Below are positions 1 to 8,917 of a stretch of 64,000 bases of DNA, piece by piece; the first letter of the stretch is position 1, and each line of letters begins with the position of its first letter. The notes under the pieces were generated by a model. It was not told the DNA's origin, did no database searches, and worked only from the letters and a program-made list of their open reading frames with translations. This DNA comes from a virus. The DNA lies in IMG/VR virus record IMGVR_UViG_3300050821_003720, positions 952-64,951 of that record, one strand, 5' to 3'. Position numbers and translations under genes: made by a program.

Positions 1-82
1 ATATTTCGCCTACCTCTGTGGATGAAAATTACCGCTTAGTACGTACCGTCAAGCCAATCGTTATTTAATTTTAGGACTGTGG

Positions 83-2146
83 ATGGGACAGTTTAAAGAC
101 ATAGCTCTACCTCTAATTGCACGAGGCATTCCAGTAATGCCACTGTTGCCTAAAGCTAAGAATGCTTTCCTTTCCGGGTGGCAGAATTTAGCTAGTTTTG
201 ATTTAGGGCAGATTGAAGCGTGGGATGCTCAATATCCGGAGCACAATTGTGGATCGGTGGCTAAAGCTACGCCTAGCGGTTATTGGTTTTTGGAGTTAGA
301 TCGTCCGGAAGCAGGACAACGGATTGAAGCTGAAACCGGGCATAGTGTCCCTCAGACATTTCGTGTACGTTCGTCTCCTGGTAGAGGGCATCTTTACTGG
401 AAACAGAATGCAAAGTCGTTGGCGATGGGGAATATTTCGCAAAATTTTGTCAGAGACACAGATTGGTCAGCCCGTGTCGACAATGAATATGTGGTCAGTC
501 CGGGCAGCTGGCACCCAAAGTCAGGTCGGCAATATGAGATTGTCAGCAACGCTGAAATTGTTGAAGCACCAGATTGGTTAATAGATTGGTGCATTAGTCA
601 GAAACTTGACAAAAAAGTTGTCCAGAAAACTATTGAAGAGGGTGGTGTCATCCCTCATGGTGCTCGCAATGTAACTTTGGCTTCACTTGCCGGTAAGATG
701 CGGCACCGAATGCGAGCAGATGAAGATGAGATTTATGCCTATCTGAAAGAAGTAAATAGAAAACAGTGTCAGCCGCCCCTTGCGGATGAGGATATAAGGG
801 TCATTGCAGCTTCAATAGCCCGTTATCCTGTAAAGAATGATATTCCCCTTGTCCGTGGAGTTCCAATTGACGTACGGGCTTCCCAGGCTCAGCAAACAGC
901 ATCACAGACATCTCCAGCAGAAGAGGTTGAGTTACCTGAGATAGCCAGTGTACCCTATCCTAAGTTTCCGGAATGGGTTATGAACGGCACGAGTTTGTAC
1001 GAGGGCTTCGTTAAGCCAGTTTGTGAAGTTAATAGCCGATATCCTGAATATATGTGGATGTCTGCTATGGTTATCTTGATGAATTTCCTGGCTTTAAAAG
1101 TAGCTGTCAATAAAAAGCGACTAATACCATCGTTTTTCCTGATTAATATCGGTATGAAAGGACGCTTGCATAAGTCAGCGTCAGTTGAAGATGCAATTCG
1201 CTATTTTGCTTGTATGGGTGTGTGTGATAACGGTGGTGTGATGACCAGGAATGCTGAAGGAAAGAGTCTGATCTATAGTCCTGGTTCACCTGAAGGTCTA
1301 GGCATAGAGATGCAGAGAACGCAGTGCAAAAATGCTATTCTCTACTATGATGAATTTATGACAGTAGTAAATAAAGCTGGAATAGATACGTCAGACCTTG
1401 TATCTACGTTGTTGAAGCTTTATGAATCCGGTAAGTTTTCTAATCTGATCAAGGCTCGTAAGGATAGTTTTTCTCTAGAATTCGGCACGTATTGTGTAAG
1501 TTTTATCGCCAATACAACTGACAAAAATTTCATTCGTTTGTGGAGTAAGTTGCTTGGTAACGAAAGTTCTGGTTTGAAGGATCGATTCTTTTTCTTATAT
1601 CAGCCGCAGCGCTTGAAGGATCAGAAGCCATTTGTTGATGTGAATTGGGGTGAAGGTGTAGTCAAGACTAGAAAGTTGATCGACGTAGCTTTAGCTAAGA
1701 AAACTTATGACATTATTTATCCAGAGATGCTTGATAATATTTCAAAGCGTATGGATGATCGGCAAGAGCAAAGAGTAGAGCGTCTTGCCCTAGCTTTTGC
1801 GGTAGATTTGGGGTTGGATGTTATCGATGATGAGTGTATTGAGCGTGCCATAGCCATTGTAGATTACGAGCAAGCTGTAAAGAAATATTTGAAGACATTT
1901 GAAACACAGACTAAAGAAGCTCAAATTCAAATGGAAGTGATTGGCTATTTGATGCGACATAACGGCGTTGCTTTACAAAGAGACGTTGAACGAGCTTTAC
2001 ATCCTGTCGAGCAGCACGGTACGTTTCTGTGGACTCGGTCTTGGCAGGGACTAGTTATGTCTGGAAAGATTCAAGTCCTAGGAAGCGGTAAAAAAGCGGA
2101 CCCTAAACAATGGCAGCTTCTGTGGGTCCCCGAGGAAGAGGAATGA
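83..2146 (+). CDS. DNA primase-polymerase (PrimPol-type N-terminal domain + PriCT_1-like helix bundle + C-terminal domain)
   Basis: 687 aa ORF with SD AGGA 6 nt upstream. The N-terminus fits the bifunctional primase/polymerase pattern (GIPVMPLLPKAK..SGW..L..D..QIEAWDAQYPEHNCG..A..SGYWFLELD). A PriCT_1-like segment follows (GARNVTLASLAGKMRHRM...DEDIRVIAASIARY). No clear Walker A motif is visible. Confidence 0.6.
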   Translation: MGQFKDIALPLIARGIPVMPLLPKAKNAFLSGWQNLASFDLGQIEAWDAQYPEHNCGSVAKATPSGYWFLELDRPEAGQRIEAETGHSVPQTFRVRSSPGRGHLYWKQNAKSLAMGNISQNFVRDTDWSARVDNEYVVSPGSWHPKSGRQYEIVSNAEIVEAPDWLIDWCISQKLDKKVVQKTIEEGGVIPHGARNVTLASLAGKMRHRMRADEDEIYAYLKEVNRKQCQPPLADEDIRVIAASIARYPVKNDIPLVRGVPIDVRASQAQQTASQTSPAEEVELPEIASVPYPKFPEWVMNGTSLYEGFVKPVCEVNSRYPEYMWMSAMVILMNFLALKVAVNKKRLIPSFFLINIGMKGRLHKSASVEDAIRYFACMGVCDNGGVMTRNAEGKSLIYSPGSPEGLGIEMQRTQCKNAILYYDEFMTVVNKAGIDTSDLVSTLLKLYESGKFSNLIKARKDSFSLEFGTYCVSFIANTTDKNFIRLWSKLLGNESSGLKDRFFFLYQPQRLKDQKPFVDVNWGEGVVKTRKLIDVALAKKTYDIIYPEMLDNISKRMDDRQEQRVERLALAFAVDLGLDVIDDECIERAIAIVDYEQAVKKYLKTFETQTKEAQIQMEVIGYLMRHNGVALQRDVERALHPVEQHGTFLWTRSWQGLVMSGKIQVLGSGKKADPKQWQLLWVPEEEE

Positions 2147-2277
2147 GAGAAATAGACTGGAGTATTGAATTAGATTGGCGGAAGTTTTGGTCAGAAATTG
2201 ACGGTCCTAGAGGAACGGATACAGGCGGTCCAAATGAAGAAGTTAAGAAAATGAGGGACGATGAGTATAGAGATTAA
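2143..2277 (+). CDS. hypothetical small protein (44 aa), overlaps the primase stop (ATGA) and the thyX start
   Basis: Translated by eye as MREIDWSIELDWRKFWSEIDGPRGTDTGGPNEEVKKMRDDEYRD. Not in the ORF track because it is below the length cut-off. Coding status is uncertain. Confidence 0.2.
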   Translation: MREIDWSIELDWRKFWSEIDGPRGTDTGGPNEEVKKMRDDEYRD

Positions 2278-2947
2278 AGTTCTAGATCACGGCTTCGTGA
2301 GCTTAGAAGATTCCTGCGCCGACGATTTAAGCGTTGTTAATTCGGCACGAGTTTCCTTTAACAAGTATCATGAAAAGATGGAAGAGGGTGATGATAAACT
2401 GATCGGTTTCTTGATGAAGAACCGGCATGGTACACCATTTGAGCAGAATTTCTTCCGGTTCCGAGTCAAAGCACCAATCTTCGTGTTTCGTGAGTGGCAC
2501 CGGCACCGAATCGGAGTGAGTATTAATGAATGGAGTGCCCGGTACTCTGAACTGAAGCCGGAATTTTATGTTCCAGAGTTAGAGAATTTTAGAGTTCAAA
2601 TTGGAAAACCGGGAAATTATTCTTATGAACAAGCCTCTCCCGAGATAGCAAATTGGATGAGAGTTGAATTGTTGGATAATAATTGGGATGCATTCGATAG
2701 GTATAAAACGGCACTAGAGAAAGGAATAGCAAAAGAGCAGGCTCGATTCTTCTTGCCGGTCAACATCTACAGCGAGATGTACTGGTCCTGCAACGCTCGT
2801 AGTCTGATGAACTTTCTATCACTTCGCAATGCTCCAAAAGCTATGTGGGAAATTCGTGAGTACGCTAAGACAATGGAAGAGATTTTTCGAGCAGCGATGC
2901 CTATCACACATGAGTACTTTGTGGGGAACAATAGGGTAGCACCATGA
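2261..2947 (+). CDS. thyX: flavin-dependent thymidylate synthase ThyX
   Basis: ThyX signature RHRxxxxxxxS is present (EWHRHRIGVSINEWSARYSE). The 228 aa size is typical. Confidence 0.9.
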   Translation: MSIEIKVLDHGFVSLEDSCADDLSVVNSARVSFNKYHEKMEEGDDKLIGFLMKNRHGTPFEQNFFRFRVKAPIFVFREWHRHRIGVSINEWSARYSELKPEFYVPELENFRVQIGKPGNYSYEQASPEIANWMRVELLDNNWDAFDRYKTALEKGIAKEQARFFLPVNIYSEMYWSCNARSLMNFLSLRNAPKAMWEIREYAKTMEEIFRAAMPITHEYFVGNNRVAP

Positions 2948-3477
2948 TGTACAGCGGCAGCGGAATATGCCTCGGGATCACAGGTCACCGGCCGGATAAA
3001 CTAGGTGGATATCATGACCTTTCTAATCTCTCGGCTCCGATTAAGTATCACATGCAGTGTTTCTTTGCTGAAAAGAATCCTCTACGAGTTGTATCAGGGA
3101 TGGCTCTTGGCACTGATCAATGGGCCGTCGAGATGGCCTTAGACCTAGGGATCAAGGTTCTAGCATTGATCCCGTGCACTAATCACGATTCTATGTGGCC
3201 ACTTCACGCTCAAAACAAGTACCGAGAGTTGCTCAGTCGAGTAGAGAAGTCAGGTGGTCAGGTTGAGTATGTCAGTAGTGGGCCATATGACCCTCGATGT
3301 ATGCACAGACGAAATGTAGAGATTGTTGAGCGGTCTACTGAGATGTTGGCAGTTTGGAATGGTTCCAAGGGTGGTACAAGTGATTGCGTAAGGCTAGCAC
3401 GAAATGCATGTTTGCCAATCACAGTTTTGAATCCAATAACAATGAAGTTCGAAAAGGATGAAGAAGATGATAATTGA
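2944..3477 (+). CDS. SLOG-superfamily Rossmannoid protein (YpsA/YoqJ, DUF1273-like)
   Basis: GITGHRP ... GMALGTDQWAVEMALDLGIKV pattern typical of DUF1273/YpsA. ATGA overlap with thyX. Confidence 0.5.
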   Translation: MMYSGSGICLGITGHRPDKLGGYHDLSNLSAPIKYHMQCFFAEKNPLRVVSGMALGTDQWAVEMALDLGIKVLALIPCTNHDSMWPLHAQNKYRELLSRVEKSGGQVEYVSSGPYDPRCMHRRNVEIVERSTEMLAVWNGSKGGTSDCVRLARNACLPITVLNPITMKFEKDEEDDN

Positions 3478-3982
3478 GCAGAATGCTTTTGAGAACGGTA
3501 GAACCCAATATGAGAAATGGTTGGAGAAGTGGGACCGACGTTTTCTTAACTTGGCAGCACACATTTCGACCTGGTCTAAAGACCCATCGACGAAAGTAGG
3601 TGCTGTTCTAGTGAACGATCTTAAACAGGTCGTAGGTATGGGTTACAATGGATTTGCTCGTGGTGTTCAGGATACTGATGAGCGTTTAAATGACCGTGAA
3701 ACGAAGTATAAGTTAGTTGTTCACGCTGAAGTTAATGCAATCATTCAAGCCGGTCATGCGGCTCGTAATTCAACACTATATGTTTATCCGTCGTTTATGA
3801 TTCCCCCTATTTGTCATGAGTGCTGTAAATCGGCTATTCAGGCGGGTATTAGAAAGATTGCTGGCTATGTACCGAATGAAGCGGACCCCCGTGTTCAACG
3901 ATGGAAGGATTCAATAATGACTTCACGGGAAATGTGGCTTGAAGCAGGATGTGTGTGGAGAACTTACGAGGAGAAAGTATGA
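3458..3982 (+). CDS. dCMP (deoxycytidylate) deaminase
   Basis: Zinc-binding HAE motif (VVHAEVNAI) and PCxxCC motif (PICHECCKSAIQAGI). Size is about that of dCMP deaminase. Confidence 0.8.
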   Translation: MKKMIIEQNAFENGRTQYEKWLEKWDRRFLNLAAHISTWSKDPSTKVGAVLVNDLKQVVGMGYNGFARGVQDTDERLNDRETKYKLVVHAEVNAIIQAGHAARNSTLYVYPSFMIPPICHECCKSAIQAGIRKIAGYVPNEADPRVQRWKDSIMTSREMWLEAGCVWRTYEEKV

Positions 3983-4416
3983 AGTCAATTTACGTAATTG
4001 GAAGTCTACGTAATCCTAACATTCCGTTGTTAGCGAACGATCTTAGAAAACTCGGTCTGGATGTTTTCGACGATTGGTTTAGCTCTGGTCCAGAGACAGA
4101 TGATTACTGGCAGAAATATGAAAAGATCAGAGGACGTACCTACGGAGAAGCTCTTGCCGGAACTATGGCTGATCACATATTTTCTTATGACAAGTCCCAC
4201 CTTGACCGTACTGACGCTGCTGTCCTGATGGCACCCGCTGGTAAGTCCGGACACATGGAATTGGGCTACACTATCGGGAAGGGAAAGCCTGGATTCGTCC
4301 TGTTTGATAAAGAACCAGAGCGATACGATGTAATGTATTTGTTCGCTACGAAAGTTTTCTTTGATCGACAAGAGTTTATGGATCATCTTGTTAAAAATTA
4401 TATGACAGGTAAATAA
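3979..4416 (+). CDS. nucleoside 2-deoxyribosyltransferase-like protein
   Basis: [10 protein letters not shown] ... [18 protein letters not shown] fits the NDT-family catalytic Glu motif. The start was chosen at ATG 3979 with SD AGGAG; the track ORF starts at 3949. Confidence 0.6.
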   Translation: MKSIYVIGSLRNPNIPLLANDLRKLGLDVFDDWFSSGPETDDYWQKYEKIRGRTYGEALAGTMADHIFSYDKSHLDRTDAAVLMAPAGKSGHMELGYTIGKGKPGFVLFDKEPERYDVMYLFATKVFFDRQEFMDHLVKNYMTGK

Positions 4417-5384
4417 TGCGTCTTGAAACCGATCTTAAATTAGATTTTAGCGACGTTCTCCTGAAACCGAAACGATCTACTTTGTCGAGTCGGTCGCAGG
4501 TTGAATTGACCAGAGTATTCAGATTTAAACATTCTGACCAAGTGTGGGCTGGTATCCCGATTATTTCAGCAAACATGACTAGTGTAACTAATGTGGAAGT
4601 TTTAAAAGTTATGGCTGAGCATTTGATGTTAGCGGCTTTTCCTAAACATTCAGGAAAACAATACGATGTATCTTGTTGTCCTCTACAGGCTATTATTCAT
4701 ACAATTGGTTTAGACGATAATCCTGAGATAATTTTGAATATGCTCTGTGTGGATGTCGCCAATGGCTATATGGAAAAGTTTGTTCAAAAGATTTCTCAAT
4801 TACGTTTGCAGTGGCCACACGTGACTATCATAGCTGGAAACGTGGTCACAGCCGAAATGACAGAAGCTTTGATCTTAGCCGGTGCCGACGTAGTTAAAGT
4901 CGGGATAGGTTCCGGCAGCGCTTGCTCGACGAGATTAAAGACGGGCGTGGGTTACCCGCAACTGAGCGCCATAGCCGAGTGTGCCGATGCAGCGCATGGT
5001 TTAGGAGCACATATTATATCTGATGGTGGGTGTACTACTCCGGGTGATGTTGTCAAGGCATTCGCTGCTGGTGCTGATTTTGTTATGTTAGGTGGAATGC
5101 TTGCGGGTTGTCAGGAAAATGGTCCTGATTTCTACGGTATGTCATCTAGACGAGCCAACTATGAAATGGCTGGAGGCTTAAAGGACTATAAAGCTGCTGA
5201 AGGATGGGAGATGACTCTTCCCCCTAAGGGTCCTTTGAAAGATGTTCTACAAGATATTAAAGGTGGATTGCGAAGTGCCTGTGCTTACGTCGGTGCTAAG
5301 CGGCTGAAAGATTTACCTAAATGTGCTACTTTCATTAGAGTGAATAATCAGATCAATAGATCACTATGGGGTTATCGAACTTGA
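4416..5384 (+). CDS. guaC: GMP reductase (GuaC)
   Basis: Near-collinear with bacterial GuaC. N-terminus [23 protein letters not shown]. Active-site region [69 protein letters not shown]. Confidence 0.9.
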   Translation: MRLETDLKLDFSDVLLKPKRSTLSSRSQVELTRVFRFKHSDQVWAGIPIISANMTSVTNVEVLKVMAEHLMLAAFPKHSGKQYDVSCCPLQAIIHTIGLDDNPEIILNMLCVDVANGYMEKFVQKISQLRLQWPHVTIIAGNVVTAEMTEALILAGADVVKVGIGSGSACSTRLKTGVGYPQLSAIAECADAAHGLGAHIISDGGCTTPGDVVKAFAAGADFVMLGGMLAGCQENGPDFYGMSSRRANYEMAGGLKDYKAAEGWEMTLPPKGPLKDVLQDIKGGLRSACAYVGAKRLKDLPKCATFIRVNNQINRSLWGYRT

Positions 5385-6625
5385 TGGAACTGTTCCACAT
5401 AGACTACGAATCTCAGAGTGAAGTTGAAATCGGAGATAAAGGTAATCGTGAAGGCGTAGGCCTTTACAATTACATGCATCATCCGACAACTAAGCCTTTG
5501 ATGCTGGCATACGCTCTTGGTAGTGCCAAGCCCCAATTGTGGGAGATAGCTCAGGGCGAGCCCATGCCCCAATTTGTTCGGGAAAGATTCATGGACCCGA
5601 ATCAATTAATGGCGGCGTGGAATTCTCCTTTTGAACGGGGAATGACTCTTGTGAAACTCGGTATTGATATTCCAATTGAGCGATGGCAGGACCCGCAAGC
5701 TAGTTCTCGATACCTATCATTGACCGGTAAATTGGAAATAGATGGTCAAGTCTTGAATCTTGGGCAAGAATTTGCCAAGGATGAACGTGGTGAAGATTTG
5801 ATTCACCTGTTTAGTCGATTGACGGTTCTGAAAGCTACTAAGAAACGAGAAGCAGCGAGCTTCTTTAATGACTGGAATTCACATCCTAAGGAGTGGCAGG
5901 AATTTGGAGAATATTGTCGTCAAGATATCGTTGCAGAACGAGAAATTATGCGCCGACTTCAACTTTTGGGAGTATTTCCTCTGCCCGAGCGAGAGCGAAG
6001 AATTTGGGTATTTGATCAAAAAGTCAACGACAGAGGGCTTCCAGTCAACATGGAGTTTGTTACTAAAGCATATAAATTAGCCTGTCGAGCTAAAGAAGCG
6101 GCTGTTGAAAATCAGCAACGATTGACTGGTTTAGAAAATGCTAATTCACCGTTGCAAATGCTTGAGTGGGCACAGGGACAGGGTTATAAGCCTAACACAC
6201 TACGTAAAGAACGAGTCACTGCTACATTAAAGTTTGAAAGAGAAGGATTGACGCCATTATGCATTCGAGTTTTAGAAGCACGAGCAGCAGCCAGTTCTAC
6301 AACATATAAGAAACTTGCTGCAATTATTAGACAGGTTTGTCCAGATAATCGTTTACGAAATCAGTTTATTTATTATGGATCGGCACGGTGTGGCCGCTGG
6401 ACAGGAAATGGATTTCAATTTCAAAATTTAGCTCGTCCGGATAAACGATTTGAAGATCAAGATAACGTTAAGAAGGCCCGAGCATTGATTTTTGCCGAAG
6501 ATTATGATGGTATTATTCGAGAGTTCGGCAAGAAGTCAGAAGATAATAACGGTGACGTTGATTACGGTTCAGTTTTGACCGTAGTGAAAAATTTGATCAG
6601 GACGGTTGTCGAGGTCGCTAAGTGA
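5366..6625 (+). CDS. family A DNA polymerase, N-terminal part (3'-5' exonuclease + thumb/fingers up to the TGR..PNLQNIP-like motif)
   Basis: Exo I motif [11 protein letters not shown]. Exo II-like [30 protein letters not shown] matches the TGRLSS..PNLQNIP region. Ends at a TGA stop (6623-6625). Confidence 0.85.
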   Translation: MGLSNLMELFHIDYESQSEVEIGDKGNREGVGLYNYMHHPTTKPLMLAYALGSAKPQLWEIAQGEPMPQFVRERFMDPNQLMAAWNSPFERGMTLVKLGIDIPIERWQDPQASSRYLSLTGKLEIDGQVLNLGQEFAKDERGEDLIHLFSRLTVLKATKKREAASFFNDWNSHPKEWQEFGEYCRQDIVAEREIMRRLQLLGVFPLPERERRIWVFDQKVNDRGLPVNMEFVTKAYKLACRAKEAAVENQQRLTGLENANSPLQMLEWAQGQGYKPNTLRKERVTATLKFEREGLTPLCIRVLEARAAASSTTYKKLAAIIRQVCPDNRLRNQFIYYGSARCGRWTGNGFQFQNLARPDKRFEDQDNVKKARALIFAEDYDGIIREFGKKSEDNNGDVDYGSVLTVVKNLIRTVVEVAK

Positions 6626-7611
6626 AAACTCGCCTAAACGTTGCGGATTTAGCTGGAATAGAAACTCGGGTTTCCGCTTGGATCGCTGGATGCGAGCCTC
6701 TTTTAGAAGTATTTCGACTGAATCGTGATCCATATTTAGATTTCGCTTCAAAAATGTATCACATACCTTATGAGACATTAGAAGCCGATCTTCATTCAAG
6801 TGATCCTGTCAAGAAAGCCGCAGCGAAGTTCATGCGGCAGATGGCGAAGCCGGGAGTTCTTGCGGCGGTGTATCGTCAAGGTGCCGGTGGAATGGGTAAG
6901 GATAAAAAGACTGGTGATCCTAAGAAATTAGGTTTGTGGGGATATGCCGCAAATATGGGCATTGAGATGACGCTTGAACAGGCCCAAGATATCACTAGAA
7001 TTTTTAGAGAATCTTATCCTGAAATTGTCAGTATGTGGTATGCCTTAGAGATAGTTATTAAGTCTGTTCTGCAAGATCGGCCAATTAAGACTGAAAAGCC
7101 GGATATTATTTTCGCTTTAAATCGATTAAATCAAATCGGAATTAAATTCGACAAGATTGTCATAGATGATAAAGGAAACAAAAGAGTAATTCTTAGAACT
7201 CAATTGCCGTCTGGTCGATATCTTCATTATGTAGATGCTCACATTGATGATATTCGGATGCCCTGGAGTACTGAAGATAATGAAGTTTTCAAACCGGGTC
7301 TGATTTACAGTGGAGTTGATCAAGAAACTAAGCAATGGAAGAATGGAATCGTTAGTCACGGCGGAAAGATATTTGAGAATGATGTGCAAGGAATAGCTAG
7401 AGATATTTTCTGCGACAAGCTTTTAGAGATCGATCAAATTGGTTGCTGGATATGTGGACATGCACACGATGAAGGCATCGGAGAGACTCCCAATGATCCG
7501 TTTTTTCCGGGTTATAGAGAGATGGTTCACATTATGTCACAGCCGGTTAATTGGGCGAAAGATTTACCGTTAGGAGCAGATGGTTTTGAGAGTGAATTTT
7601 ACCATAAGTAG
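6622..7611 (+). CDS. family A DNA polymerase, C-terminal part (motifs A, B, C)
   Basis: GTG start overlapping the upstream stop (TAAGTGA). Motif A VADLAGIETRV at residues 6-16. Motif B KFMRQMAKPGVLAAVYRQGAGGMG. Motif C CGHAHDEG. Confidence 0.85.
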   Translation: MKTRLNVADLAGIETRVSAWIAGCEPLLEVFRLNRDPYLDFASKMYHIPYETLEADLHSSDPVKKAAAKFMRQMAKPGVLAAVYRQGAGGMGKDKKTGDPKKLGLWGYAANMGIEMTLEQAQDITRIFRESYPEIVSMWYALEIVIKSVLQDRPIKTEKPDIIFALNRLNQIGIKFDKIVIDDKGNKRVILRTQLPSGRYLHYVDAHIDDIRMPWSTEDNEVFKPGLIYSGVDQETKQWKNGIVSHGGKIFENDVQGIARDIFCDKLLEIDQIGCWICGHAHDEGIGETPNDPFFPGYREMVHIMSQPVNWAKDLPLGADGFESEFYHK

Positions 7612-7614
7612 AAT

Positions 7615-7953
7615 ATGAAAAATATTCCAATTATTTATTTTATACAATGTGAACAAACGAAATTTATAAAGATAGGAATAACAACTGATTTATCTAGACG
7701 ATTGGAAGTTTTACAAACGGGAAATGCTGAAAAATTAGAAGTTTTAGCAATAATTTCTTATCCCAGGGAGCGAGGACTTTCTAAACTTTGTCCTTTACCA
7801 GATGAGCGAATAGTACGGGCCTATATTACACGTTTAGAACGAGAACTTCATGATAAGTTTTTTAAGTTTCATGTTCGTGGAGAGTGGTTTAAGCCAGAAA
7901 AAGAGTTAACAGATTTTATAAGTGAGAGGAAAGGATGGGTGCCTATAGCGTAG
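7615..7953 (+). CDS. T5orf172/MUG113-domain (GIY-YIG-related) endonuclease-like protein
   Basis: IYFIQCEQTKFIKIGITTDLSRRLEVLQTGN fits the T5orf172 domain pattern. Confidence 0.6.
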   Translation: MKNIPIIYFIQCEQTKFIKIGITTDLSRRLEVLQTGNAEKLEVLAIISYPRERGLSKLCPLPDERIVRAYITRLERELHDKFFKFHVRGEWFKPEKELTDFISERKGWVPIA

Positions 7954-8342
7954 CTTATTATCGGGCGAATGAAGAAAAGATAAAAGAACAAAACAAGCTG
8001 TATTATCAGCGAAATAAGCAGAAGGTGATTGACAGGGCTGCCCGAGATAGACCAAAAAGAGTAAGGGCTGTTAAACGTCACTTAGTAGAATATTTAAAAT
8101 GTCACCCTTGTGTTGATTGTGGAGAAAGAGATATTGTGGTTCTTCAATTTGATCATGTGAGAGGACGAAAGAAATTCCAAATTTCGAGTATGATCATGAA
8201 TGGATACTCATGGTTAACAATTTTAAAGGAAATTCAGAAGTGTGAAGTTCGTTGTGCAAATGATCACATTAGACGCCATCGAAAAGGTGGCTATAGGATG
8301 AAAAATAATGCGGTGGGATATAAAATTAGACCTCACAATTAG
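7935..8342 (+). CDS. HNH homing endonuclease
   Basis: CHPCVDCG ... VLQFDHVRG ... CEVRCANDHIRRH (Cys pairs plus DH...N...H). Confidence 0.7.
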   Translation: MGAYSVAYYRANEEKIKEQNKLYYQRNKQKVIDRAARDRPKRVRAVKRHLVEYLKCHPCVDCGERDIVVLQFDHVRGRKKFQISSMIMNGYSWLTILKEIQKCEVRCANDHIRRHRKGGYRMKNNAVGYKIRPHN

Positions 8343-8586
8343 TCGTGGTAGAAAACGTGTCTTTGTTCTTGAGAGGATTTTTCCGTTTCTTAAACGATGG
8401 AAAGAGAATCATAAAACGGCTTATTATTCCTGTTTTCGAAAGACTCGTTTCACTAGTCACGGTGCAGCGATGAATGCAATGTGGTTCAAGAAACATCCGG
8501 AAGCACCAGCATTTTCGGCATACAATTGCGAGATTTGCGAGGGTTTCCACATAACAACAGAGAAAGGCAATGAAAGAGAAAGTTAA
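8308..8586 (+). CDS. hypothetical Cys-containing protein (CEICEGFH)
   Basis: ORF tiling between HNH and LAGLIDADG genes. No assignable domain. Confidence 0.3.
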   Translation: MRWDIKLDLTISRGRKRVFVLERIFPFLKRWKENHKTAYYSCFRKTRFTSHGAAMNAMWFKKHPEAPAFSAYNCEICEGFHITTEKGNERES

Positions 8587-8917
8587 AATTGCTTGGGCGG
8601 CAGGTTTGTTTGAAGGCGAGGGAAGCATTGTTCTTATTCAAGAATCTAGGGATAGGCGTCCGTACCCACGTTTACAACTTACAACGACAGATTCAGATGT
8701 GGCATATAAATTTAAACGATATATCAAAGCTGGTTGTATTTATGAGCGAAAGAGGAAAACAGTCACAGGAAAAAGAGTTTTCTTCTGGGTAATTAAATGT
8801 AAATTTGAGGTAAAACGAGTTTTGAAATTATTCATGCCATATTTTGGAGTTAGGAGAAGAAAAAAGGCGAAAGAAGCTTTGAAATTTACAAAATACATGA
8901 TTAGGAGATGGAGATGA
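8570..8917 (+). CDS. LAGLIDADG homing endonuclease (single-motif type)
   Basis: WAAGLFEGEGSI near the N-terminus. Size matches a homodimeric single-motif enzyme. Confidence 0.75.
   Translation: MKEKVKIAWAAGLFEGEGSIVLIQESRDRRPYPRLQLTTTDSDVAYKFKRYIKAGCIYERKRKTVTGKRVFFWVIKCKFEVKRVLKLFMPYFGVRRRKKAKEALKFTKYMIRRWR

Noticed and set aside
6600-6640. Programmed -1 ribosomal frameshift joining the two polA ORFs
   Set aside because: No canonical slippery heptamer (X XXY YYZ) precedes the TGA and there is no obvious downstream pseudoknot. A two-polypeptide polymerase or a sequencing indel are at least as likely, so frameshifting is not asserted.
324-8628. Short antisense or alternative-frame ORFs inside plus-strand genes (e.g. 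324..581, 394..594, 4030..4386, 5372..5605, 7126..7389, 8326..8628 and many others in the track)
   Set aside because: They overlap strongly supported genes on the same or opposite strand and lack SD or start context. They are treated as non-coding frames.
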